A DNA stretch of 64,000 nt. It comes from a virus. Its lineage: Duplodnaviria > Heunggongvirae > Uroviricota > Caudoviricetes. The notes below the pieces were generated by a model, which searched no databases, had not been told where the DNA came from, and saw nothing but the letters and a program-made list of their open reading frames with translations. The stretch is from IMG/VR virus record IMGVR_UViG_3300032322_001781. One strand, written 5' to 3'. How positions within the stretch are numbered: the first letter of the stretch is position 1; each line of letters starts with the position of its first letter. Both the position numbers and the translations under genes were made by a program. Positions 48,358-57,326 of the stretch are shown piece by piece.

Positions 48358-48702
48358 ATGAGTGGATGTAATTGTAAAAGCAAAGTACCTATGGAAGGAT
48401 TGACCAATAATCAAAGTCAACCAACATCATTTTTTCAAAATTTTATAAAATATAGTTTAAAAACATTAATGTTTTTAATTTTTTTAATGATGATGCCATT
48501 GATGGTATTGTATATTATTTATTTGTCATTTAATATGATTGTATTAAATGGTAACATAGATATTAAACCTTTATTATTGGCTATTGGTGATAAATTCAGA
48601 CCAAAAGATGATGAAGACTATTCAATTGACGATTTTGAAAATCTAACAGAAGATGATGTTATTTTGTTAAATGTTGAGGATATAACAGAAAAAACAAATT
48701 AA
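48358..48702 (+). CDS. Small membrane protein with N-terminal CxC
   Basis: MSGCNCK, hydrophobic segment LMFLIFLMMMPLMVLYIIYLSF, acidic C-terminus. Confidence 0.65.
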   Translation: MSGCNCKSKVPMEGLTNNQSQPTSFFQNFIKYSLKTLMFLIFLMMMPLMVLYIIYLSFNMIVLNGNIDIKPLLLAIGDKFRPKDDEDYSIDDFENLTEDDVILLNVEDITEKTN

Positions 48703-48708
48703 AAATTA

Positions 48709-51700
48709 ATGTCTGAATCAATAAGAATAAGAACATCACCAAATGGTGGGGATAAATACGTAAAAGTCAAAATAGACAATGATATTGATTTTGTTGAAAT
48801 CCTTTCATTGAGCATAAGTCAAGATGAATTATATCAGAACTTTTGCTCTGATTATGGTGTTGTTGCTGGTAGAGTTATAATAAACAGTGGTTTTGGAGTT
48901 CCAAATGCAAAGGTAAGTATATTCATACCGATTGATGAAGTTGATAAAGGAGATGTTGAAATATCTGGTCTTTATCCATATGATACAGTTACAGATAAAA
49001 ATAGTGATGGTGTTAGGTATAATTTACTATCTAGACAATCAAGCTCAGATAATGATTGTTTTACTCCAGTTGGTTCTTTCCCAAGCAAAAGAGAAGTTTT
49101 AGATAATTCAGATGTTTTAGAGGTTTATTGTAAATACTATCGATTTACAACAACAACAAACTATGCTGGCGATTTTATGATTTTCGGTGTACCACTAGGT
49201 ACATACACCCTGCATGTTGATGCTGATATATCCGACATAGGTATAGCATCACAAAGACCATATGATTTTATTAGACAAGGTAGCTCACCAAAATTTTTTG
49301 ATAGCCCAACAAAATTCAAAGGTGGACAAGATTTAAATAAATTAATTCAAATAAAATCAGCTGATGTAGGTGTAAACGTACAACCTTTTTGGGGTGATAT
49401 GGATAACTGTGAAATCGGTATAACAAGAGTTGATATTGATTTAAATTATTCATTACAACCTTGTGCTATTTTCATGGGTAGCATATATGGGGACCAAGAT
49501 AAAAATTCTGTAAATAAAAATTGCATCCCTAGAAAAAAATTAGGTGAATTATGTGAACAAGTAACATCAGCTGGTTCAGTAGAAATAATCAGAAAAAATA
49601 TCGATAACGAAATTGAAGAATTTTCTGTTGAAGGTGGTAGATTAATTGATGACGATGGAACTTGGGCTTTTCAAATACCAATGAACCTTGATTATATGAT
49701 TACCGATGAAAGTGGTCAGTTGGTTTTATCTGAGGACCCAAATAAAGGTATTCCGACTAGAGCTAATGTAAGATTTAGAATAGGTATGGATGAAACTGGT
49801 GGTGAAGGAAGACTTAGAACCAGAGCTAAGTACTTGGTACCAAACAATCCACAAATTTTTAGTGAAATAGATTACAATTTTGATGAGAATACAAAACCTA
49901 CTAGTTTTAGAGATATATATTGGAATAAAATTTATACCGTATCAAATTTTATAAGCAGATATCAAAGAAGTTCAACTGGCGTTGCAAATAGAAACATAAC
50001 AGCAATGAAAGATGTTGACGCTTGTGCTGGTGATAAAAATCCTTTCCCATATAATAAAGTAAACACAACAACAAACCCAATATTTTTTATAATATGTTTA
50101 TTAATTAAGATTATTGGTTTTATTGTGATAATAATTAATTTGATTATTATACCAATAATTAACGGTATCGTATCAATAATACGAAGAATTATTGATTTTA
50201 TTAATGCATTAGGGGCTAATATTACAAAACCAGATTATGTTCCGTGTGTTACTGTTGAATGTCCATCTGAAAGTGGAGCTTTATTTGCACCAGGTTGTCG
50301 TGAAGGTAGCAATGGTTATGATGCTGCCAGACCCACATATGGTTGTGGTGGTCAAAACGGTCCATGCTCACCTTTTAATTTGGTCGGTTTAGATGATTGT
50401 ATAGCTTTTCAAATGGCTCAAGAATTAAATTTATTTCAATTCGACTTTTACAACGATTGGGTTACTGGAACCTTATTAAGTTATTTGTTAAAATATAAAA
50501 AAGTTAATAGAGGTAGAGAAAAATTTTGTGAATTTGATTGTGCTGATTTTACTTTTGACCCTAATTATTCTGGTGTTGATGGAAATGGAAATGGTGTCCC
50601 TGATAACGATTGTAAAAATTTTATGGAAATGGATACATGTTATGATTGTGGTGGTACCCATTCACCAGCAAGCGGTCCAGGTATTCAAGTTGGTTATTTA
50701 AATTGTCAGAGGGAATCTCGTGATAATGCTATAATAAGAGAAGGACTAATTAAAAAATATAAAAATGAATTATATTATGCAGCTACAACTCATAATACTA
50801 ATTTTAAATTATTTGCAACTGATTTGATATGTTTAGGTTCAGTTTTTACTTGTGACTGGCAAGGTTATCCAAAATTACAACCAAGATTGGTTGGTTCATC
50901 ATATAAATTACCACCAGAAATTGAAGAGTTAGATGACGATAACACAACTGTTTTAGCTTCTGGTCAAGTAACAATAGGTAATAGACCAAAGGGGTTATTT
51001 TTTGATATAAATTGTGTTGGTTTGCATGTCGATTATCAACAGTGTCTTAACATTAGACATATTTGCGAAGTTGAAGTCGGCTTAGATGAAGCTATTTTTA
51101 ACCCATTAACAGGAGCTATTAATTCACTTCCTGATGGTACGTTAGGTAGTAACGATATTGACAATACTTTTGGTAAACAATTTAGAGATTCTTATCTTTA
51201 TATAAACAGTGCTACAACATTTCCAGTTATTTACTCACAACCAACAAATATAAATAGCGATTTTAATATAAGAACACCAAACGCAGCAATATATGATTTT
51301 TCAGCACCTAACCCTGATAATGGAGTCGATTATGCTAATTTTAGAGGGTATGTTAATGACAATTCATTCAACCAACCAAAGCATTCTTTTTTTATGTATT
51401 TTGGTACCCAACCAGGTCGTTCTGCCCTAGATAAAATGAATCAAAGATTTTTTACAACATGCGTTGTTGCGATTGATACTGACATGGTTATAGATACCAC
51501 AACAACAGCTGCTACCGCAACTACCTCATTCGATGGTCAAATTGTATTCACAATAGTAGGCAGTCAAGGACCATATTCATATACAGTTATTGGTCCTAAC
51601 GGCTATACAATAAGTGGTAATATTTCGTCAGTTCCTCCAATACCACCAACGGTTACTGTAACAGGTTTAGGACAGGGTACATACATTATAAATGTGTTAG

Positions 51701-52779
51701 ATGTTGCTGGAAATCCTGTGACACAAACAGTAGTTGTTGGTGGCCCAGCATCTTTTTTCTGTAGCGCAAGTGTAACACAAAACAACACGTCTGCATCAAT
51801 ACCAAATGGTATAATAACATTAAACATAGGTGGTGGTTCAGTGCCATACACGTATACTTTATTGGATGAAAATGGGGCTGCGGTACCTAACTATACTAAC
51901 GTACAAATTAATGGTGGTCCAGTTCAAATTACTTTATTAGCAACAGCAAATGTTCAAGGTTATACACTAAACGTGAATGATTCTGCTGGTTCTACATGCA
52001 CAACCACTGGTTTAACAATTTCAGGTCCTACCGTAATAAATATTTCAACAGTTATTACACCAACAACATGTTATGTTGGAAGTAATGATGGCGAAATAGC
52101 AATAACAGTAACTGGTGCTCAATTACCATACTTTATAACGACTACTGGAATAACAGCAAACAATGTTGGGTTTTATAGTGGTTCTCTTAACCTAACAAAT
52201 TTAGCAGCTGGTAATTACTTGATTACCGTTCAAGACCCTAATGGAACAGTAACTCAAACAGTAACAGTTGGGACAACTGGAGCTCCGTTAACATTAGCTT
52301 CAGCACAAGCCTCTGAAATAGCTAAACAATGTTCGCCAAATACCAGAACAATACCTTTTAGAATAACAAATGGTTTATCTATTAATTCAACAGCGTATAT
52401 GGAGTATAGAGTAGACAATTCAACTACTTGGAATTATGTAAACGCTATCCAATTATGGAGTGGTGCAAATAATTTGATGTCGTTTACAGTACCAAGCAAC
52501 GCATTTACTAACCAAATTGTGTTCAGATTTAGTGACACACCAAACCATGCATGTCATAGCAATATTATTACTTACAACGTTTCTCAAATGCCATTACCTA
52601 ATGCACCATTAAGCGGAACTAGAAACGTAAATATTGTGACTGTTGGTGGTGGTATAGCACCATATTTATATTCAATTGGTGGCGGTTCACAACTACCAGT
52701 ACCACAAAATAACCAAATTACCAGTTCTTCACCAGTATTAGTAACCGATTCAGTTGGTTGCACAGCACTAGTACAATAA
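48709..52779 (+). CDS. Large baseplate/tail-associated protein: carboxypeptidase-regulatory-like domain, hydrophobic segment, Cys-rich region, SprB-like repeats
   Basis: GRV...GVPNAKVSI...TTTNYAGDFMIFGVPLGTYTL; repeats G.I.....GG..PY.Y....L..GTY...V.D; located in the baseplate cluster. Confidence 0.6.
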   Translation: MSESIRIRTSPNGGDKYVKVKIDNDIDFVEILSLSISQDELYQNFCSDYGVVAGRVIINSGFGVPNAKVSIFIPIDEVDKGDVEISGLYPYDTVTDKNSDGVRYNLLSRQSSSDNDCFTPVGSFPSKREVLDNSDVLEVYCKYYRFTTTTNYAGDFMIFGVPLGTYTLHVDADISDIGIASQRPYDFIRQGSSPKFFDSPTKFKGGQDLNKLIQIKSADVGVNVQPFWGDMDNCEIGITRVDIDLNYSLQPCAIFMGSIYGDQDKNSVNKNCIPRKKLGELCEQVTSAGSVEIIRKNIDNEIEEFSVEGGRLIDDDGTWAFQIPMNLDYMITDESGQLVLSEDPNKGIPTRANVRFRIGMDETGGEGRLRTRAKYLVPNNPQIFSEIDYNFDENTKPTSFRDIYWNKIYTVSNFISRYQRSSTGVANRNITAMKDVDACAGDKNPFPYNKVNTTTNPIFFIICLLIKIIGFIVIIINLIIIPIINGIVSIIRRIIDFINALGANITKPDYVPCVTVECPSESGALFAPGCREGSNGYDAARPTYGCGGQNGPCSPFNLVGLDDCIAFQMAQELNLFQFDFYNDWVTGTLLSYLLKYKKVNRGREKFCEFDCADFTFDPNYSGVDGNGNGVPDNDCKNFMEMDTCYDCGGTHSPASGPGIQVGYLNCQRESRDNAIIREGLIKKYKNELYYAATTHNTNFKLFATDLICLGSVFTCDWQGYPKLQPRLVGSSYKLPPEIEELDDDNTTVLASGQVTIGNRPKGLFFDINCVGLHVDYQQCLNIRHICEVEVGLDEAIFNPLTGAINSLPDGTLGSNDIDNTFGKQFRDSYLYINSATTFPVIYSQPTNINSDFNIRTPNAAIYDFSAPNPDNGVDYANFRGYVNDNSFNQPKHSFFMYFGTQPGRSALDKMNQRFFTTCVVAIDTDMVIDTTTTAATATTSFDGQIVFTIVGSQGPYSYTVIGPNGYTISGNISSVPPIPPTVTVTGLGQGTYIINVLDVAGNPVTQTVVVGGPASFFCSASVTQNNTSASIPNGIITLNIGGGSVPYTYTLLDENGAAVPNYTNVQINGGPVQITLLATANVQGYTLNVNDSAGSTCTTTGLTISGPTVINISTVITPTTCYVGSNDGEIAITVTGAQLPYFITTTGITANNVGFYSGSLNLTNLAAGNYLITVQDPNGTVTQTVTVGTTGAPLTLASAQASEIAKQCSPNTRTIPFRITNGLSINSTAYMEYRVDNSTTWNYVNAIQLWSGANNLMSFTVPSNAFTNQIVFRFSDTPNHACHSNIITYNVSQMPLPNAPLSGTRNVNIVTVGGGIAPYLYSIGGGSQLPVPQNNQITSSSPVLVTDSVGCTALVQ

Positions 52780-52786
52780 TAATGAT

Positions 52787-54589
52787 ATGAGCACAGAGAG
52801 AAAACAAATTAGATTAGCGGTAGAGAATTCAAAAGAATCTTTGAATACTGATAGCTTTATTAAAATAAATATTGACGATAGTGAGAGATTGCTACCACCT
52901 GGGGCGTTGACAAAAGTTGTTGATGCGGCTGAAAGATTTGATTTTGAAAGACAAAGAAGCACTTATTATAGAATTATAGGTACCATGAATATCTTAGCAT
53001 CAAACCCTCTGTTCAATTTAGCTGATTCTGGTGCTTATTTGGATTTATACACATGGAGTGGCTTTAATTATGTAAACCAATCAGGTGATTATCGTTTTAT
53101 AGACCCAATTTATCCAGATGTCATTAAAAAGTATTTGAAAGAAAATAATGGTTGGTTTGGATATTATGACCCAGATGTAACAAAAGCTGGTTTTTGTAAC
53201 TACTTTGATATGGAACCAAAAAGAGAGAGATTTTCTTTTATTCAAGACATTGACCCATATCGTAATCCTATAGGTCAACCAGTTAAAAACTGGGAGCTTA
53301 CTATAACTTATCCAGCAACTTCATATAGCGGTCATACGATGGTTAACGGTGGTTTATTATTGGTAGATGTACAACCAGCTGTAGTTTCAACCAGACAAAT
53401 GAGTGCGTTATCTGCTGGTTGTTTACACAATTTGGCTATAGGTGATTTAGTTAGGATATCTGGAACCAATGGTTATGATGGTGACCATTTGATTGTTAGA
53501 ACTGGATTGGATAACGGTGACTTAAAAGGTTATTATTTTGTAATAGATGTTCCATCATCACCAACAAATACTATAGGACAACCATCTAGAATGAAAAAAG
53601 TTGTAAATAATAAAGAATCGCTTTATTATTTTAGAATATTCCGTAAAATAAAGACTAGAAATGCACCAGTCATTGAAACTGATGACTATGAAACATATAG
53701 ACTTGCTTTTAGTGAAAACTCCTATCAAGATGATATAACACAATTTGTTTTTAATGAAGATATTGATGTATCTGATTTGGTTGATAATTTAGGAAGACCT
53801 CTTACTGAATTATATTTAACTGTGATAAAGACAGATAGCAATGGTTTGTTCACACAGGTTAAATCTGGTATAGAACTTCCGTTTATTCCGCAGTTAAATA
53901 CTAGTAGTAGTAATCCATATTTGTTAGATATCCCTGTTATAAACAAAATTCATAACGGTGGTGCATCACCATTTCCTAGTCATAGAGAATTAGAGTCTAA
54001 TGTTACCATAAACAACAATAATAATACCATAAACAACAATGATTATTATGGTGATTTAGTAGAATATAATGAAGCTGAGTTAAGAGAACATATATTGGCA
54101 CACGTTTCTCATAGATTTAATACTCTAAATAGAGAAACTAATCCGTCAATGACTTACACAACAATTCCAGCCAACCCTTTCACAACACCAAACACACCAG
54201 CAACAACTGTTACAACAATTTTAGGGCCAAGACAAGAAGGTTATTTTTACAAAGCACATCATTTAATCAGAATAAAACAATTGTCAGCTTATATTGAACA
54301 AGGAGATGCAAACTCATCAGGCATACCAACTTATGCAGTTGCATTAGGTGATGGTACATCTTTATGGAGGGATATCTTGGATATTGGGTTCAATCAAGTT
54401 GATGGAACAGCTTTAAATTATCCATTTTTGAATGGTTGTCATTATAGATATGATAATTATTGTTTCTATGTAAGAAGACAAGACCCATTTGATAATTGGG
54501 ATTTATATTATTCAACATTCCCAAGTGACCCTGTTGGAGAGAGCATTACTGATAAATTTACAATTAATTCGGCTGAAAATGTATGTTAA
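52787..54589 (+). CDS. Baseplate/tail-associated structural protein
   Basis: 600-aa ORF in the cluster; HNLAIGDLVRISGT..YDG beta-barrel motif seen in phage tail proteins. Confidence 0.55.
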   Translation: MSTERKQIRLAVENSKESLNTDSFIKINIDDSERLLPPGALTKVVDAAERFDFERQRSTYYRIIGTMNILASNPLFNLADSGAYLDLYTWSGFNYVNQSGDYRFIDPIYPDVIKKYLKENNGWFGYYDPDVTKAGFCNYFDMEPKRERFSFIQDIDPYRNPIGQPVKNWELTITYPATSYSGHTMVNGGLLLVDVQPAVVSTRQMSALSAGCLHNLAIGDLVRISGTNGYDGDHLIVRTGLDNGDLKGYYFVIDVPSSPTNTIGQPSRMKKVVNNKESLYYFRIFRKIKTRNAPVIETDDYETYRLAFSENSYQDDITQFVFNEDIDVSDLVDNLGRPLTELYLTVIKTDSNGLFTQVKSGIELPFIPQLNTSSSNPYLLDIPVINKIHNGGASPFPSHRELESNVTINNNNNTINNNDYYGDLVEYNEAELREHILAHVSHRFNTLNRETNPSMTYTTIPANPFTTPNTPATTVTTILGPRQEGYFYKAHHLIRIKQLSAYIEQGDANSSGIPTYAVALGDGTSLWRDILDIGFNQVDGTALNYPFLNGCHYRYDNYCFYVRRQDPFDNWDLYYSTFPSDPVGESITDKFTINSAENVC

Positions 54590-55466
54590 TAACTTTAAAA
54601 TAAACCTAACAACATTAGGTAGTGGTACAACAGCAACTACGATAAATATTCCAATCAATATGGAATATCAAATTGTTGATAATGCTGAATTGGTTGAACG
54701 TGTTTTTGTTGATGTTGAAACTGAAAAAAATATTAACCCTATTATTGATTATGAAAAGGTAAGGTTTACTCCTATAGGAATTGGTCTTACACCACAATTC
54801 ACAATAACAAGTTTTCCGATTGATAAAATAATTTATAGAGTTAATTTATTAAATGTTAATACATATGTTAACACATATGGTGCGATAGGTTTCTCAGATG
54901 ATGATATAAAATTTAGAAGAGAAAACTTTAGACAAAGTTTTTTAGAATTAAAATTTTATGATTCAGATAATCCTTTATCTCAAAATTTGGTTACAACTAT
55001 AACACTTTATTCTAGATTAACTTCTAATGATTTAGAACCAGTAGGCTCACCCACTGGACTACCTGGCCAACCAAAACCAGCTAACCAAATCCCAATAAAT
55101 TATATTTTAGAAAACCCACTTTTAAACCCAAGAGGTTTTTCGGAAGGTTTTTTTATATATGATTATAAAGATGAATTAGTAATATCTGGACCTCCAAAAT
55201 ATTTGTACATGAGAGCTTCTTTTAAAAACGCAAAAGATGGTAAAACGACAAATATGATGGTTAAGAACACACCACAATCTATTGACATATTAATACGTGA
55301 AGTTTATACTAGATATAACTTAGCTAGAACACCTACAGGTTATTTTTATCTAATAGATACTACTTATCAAGGTAATGGTCCTTTTTCATCAAATAACGTA
55401 ATATCTCAATCTCAATTATTAAGTAATAATTTAACTGTTAACTTATATCAAATAAATGCATTATAA
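54579..55466 (+). CDS. Structural hypothetical protein
   Basis: Start moved to ATG 54579 (MYVNNFK), overlapping the upstream stop. Confidence 0.6.
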   Translation: MYVNNFKINLTTLGSGTTATTINIPINMEYQIVDNAELVERVFVDVETEKNINPIIDYEKVRFTPIGIGLTPQFTITSFPIDKIIYRVNLLNVNTYVNTYGAIGFSDDDIKFRRENFRQSFLELKFYDSDNPLSQNLVTTITLYSRLTSNDLEPVGSPTGLPGQPKPANQIPINYILENPLLNPRGFSEGFFIYDYKDELVISGPPKYLYMRASFKNAKDGKTTNMMVKNTPQSIDILIREVYTRYNLARTPTGYFYLIDTTYQGNGPFSSNNVISQSQLLSNNLTVNLYQINAL

Positions 55467-56347
55467 TGGAACTAATAAAACGTCAAATTTCTTTAGAAAA
55501 TAGCACAAATAGAGCTAATTTTAGTTCGTCATGGGGTTCTATTACAGCTAGTACGTTTTATATTGATGTGTTTTTAACTCAAAATGTCGATGATATGGGT
55601 CTTTTTACTGACATTAAATATTTTCCAAATGTTCCAGTAGCTCAATCACCAGTAGATTATACTATTTTGATAACTAAAATGATTCAGAGTGGTTATACAT
55701 CTCCATTTATATCTGGTATTTTACCACCAGCTTTTACAGGTATTACGCAAACAGATATTCAAACACTTCGTTTTACAGGAAATACAGAATCTTCTTACTA
55801 TGCGTATTTTAATTTACCAATAACTGGATTTACGGATAGTAAAGTAGAAGATGTGTATTCATATAGCCAATTAGATAGATTAAAAGTCGGTTTGGATATT
55901 GAAGCTGAAACTTATATAAACTATATTGGAAATACAATAAATGGTGTGAGCAGAGTTTCTTCAGATGGAGACCCAGTTGTTTATGTGGTAGATACAGCGA
56001 ACAATACTCTTTTAGGTACAAATAACCAAACCAGTGGTATATTATATAGGGATTTTTCTGGTTTAACTAGAACGATTACATATGAAGATGGCGAATCTCA
56101 AGTAATCCCAGTAACTGAATTTAGATTCAGAGGTGAGGGTATAAACCAAACCAATGTTTCGTTATCTGCTTTAACAAAAGAAGAATATTTATTTGGAATA
56201 ATTTCTACACCAGAAATTAAAAATGATGTATTTATAGATAGAGGTGTTACTTCTGTTATGGATATGCATTTAAGGCTTTCAGAAATAAAAAATATGGGAG
56301 AATTAACTAGATATGGTAATGGATTTTACACTATTAGAAGAACATAA
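55466..56347 (+). CDS. Structural hypothetical protein
   Basis: 293-aa ORF, TAATG coupled; C-terminal VFIDRG...LSEIKNMGELTRYGNGFY. Confidence 0.6.
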   Translation: MELIKRQISLENSTNRANFSSSWGSITASTFYIDVFLTQNVDDMGLFTDIKYFPNVPVAQSPVDYTILITKMIQSGYTSPFISGILPPAFTGITQTDIQTLRFTGNTESSYYAYFNLPITGFTDSKVEDVYSYSQLDRLKVGLDIEAETYINYIGNTINGVSRVSSDGDPVVYVVDTANNTLLGTNNQTSGILYRDFSGLTRTITYEDGESQVIPVTEFRFRGEGINQTNVSLSALTKEEYLFGIISTPEIKNDVFIDRGVTSVMDMHLRLSEIKNMGELTRYGNGFYTIRRT

Positions 56348-56396
56348 AATATACTTTGAAAAAATAATAGTTATATTATAACAAAAAAAGAATAAC

Positions 56397-57320
56397 ATGG
56401 CGACAGGCACATACGGAATAGTTAGACCAGCAGATATAAGACCAGATGATGTTGAAATTTTTTACCATTTTTCTCCATCAAGAGACCAACTTGGTAGTAC
56501 TACATTACAAAAATTAAACCCATTGGATGTTTTAATACCTATGGATAATCCAAACAAAATTCAATCTAATGTAACTGGTTTTGAATTATTTGGTGGTATG
56601 TATACATTAAAATTACCTTCAAATATATTTGGAATAAGAGGGTTTTATTCGATAATAATTAAACCAGTAGAAATAAGAACAAAAATAGTTGATGTTGGTG
56701 TTTTATCAGCTTTTCCAGATATACAAGGGTTGTTATTTGATTTGGCTTCTATTCCACAACAATTTTTAACTAGATTTGAAAACAATGGGTTGGTTGGTTA
56801 TAGAATTGAATATTTGAATACAAACACTAGCGGTTCTGATGCTAAAATAAATAATTTTTTTAGAGTTGTAACGTCTAATAATAGAGCTGAACCAGTCAAT
56901 CAGAATTTAACCAATACCAACCAAAAAGCTATCAGATATAGATTCAACGACAACTCAACTTTAACGTTTTGCACTGTTTCACCATCATCAGCTTCTAATG
57001 TTAAACCAAATGCGTTGCCATATATAGGTCAACCAAATCAGCAAGTTATTATAACCAATACATTTTTCAACCCTTTGATGATTGAAATTGAAATGGTTGA
57101 ACAAGATATTGAAACTTTAGCATTTGCTTTGTTTGGAAATCAAACAAAATCTATCGAAGACGGTATTTATACTATATACAACTTTAACAATCAGATTTAT
57201 AAACAGTACGATTTATATGAAATTAAAGATAGATTTACTGGTAAACCATTGTTTGAAGTTAGACAACAAAGAACGACTATTGATTTTACTAAAAACTTTA
57301 CAACGGTAACAACAGTATAA
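56397..57320 (+). CDS. Structural hypothetical protein
   Basis: 307-aa ORF in the baseplate cluster. Confidence 0.6.
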   Translation: MATGTYGIVRPADIRPDDVEIFYHFSPSRDQLGSTTLQKLNPLDVLIPMDNPNKIQSNVTGFELFGGMYTLKLPSNIFGIRGFYSIIIKPVEIRTKIVDVGVLSAFPDIQGLLFDLASIPQQFLTRFENNGLVGYRIEYLNTNTSGSDAKINNFFRVVTSNNRAEPVNQNLTNTNQKAIRYRFNDNSTLTFCTVSPSSASNVKPNALPYIGQPNQQVIITNTFFNPLMIEIEMVEQDIETLAFALFGNQTKSIEDGIYTIYNFNNQIYKQYDLYEIKDRFTGKPLFEVRQQRTTIDFTKNFTTVTTV

Positions 57321-57326
57321 TAGAAA

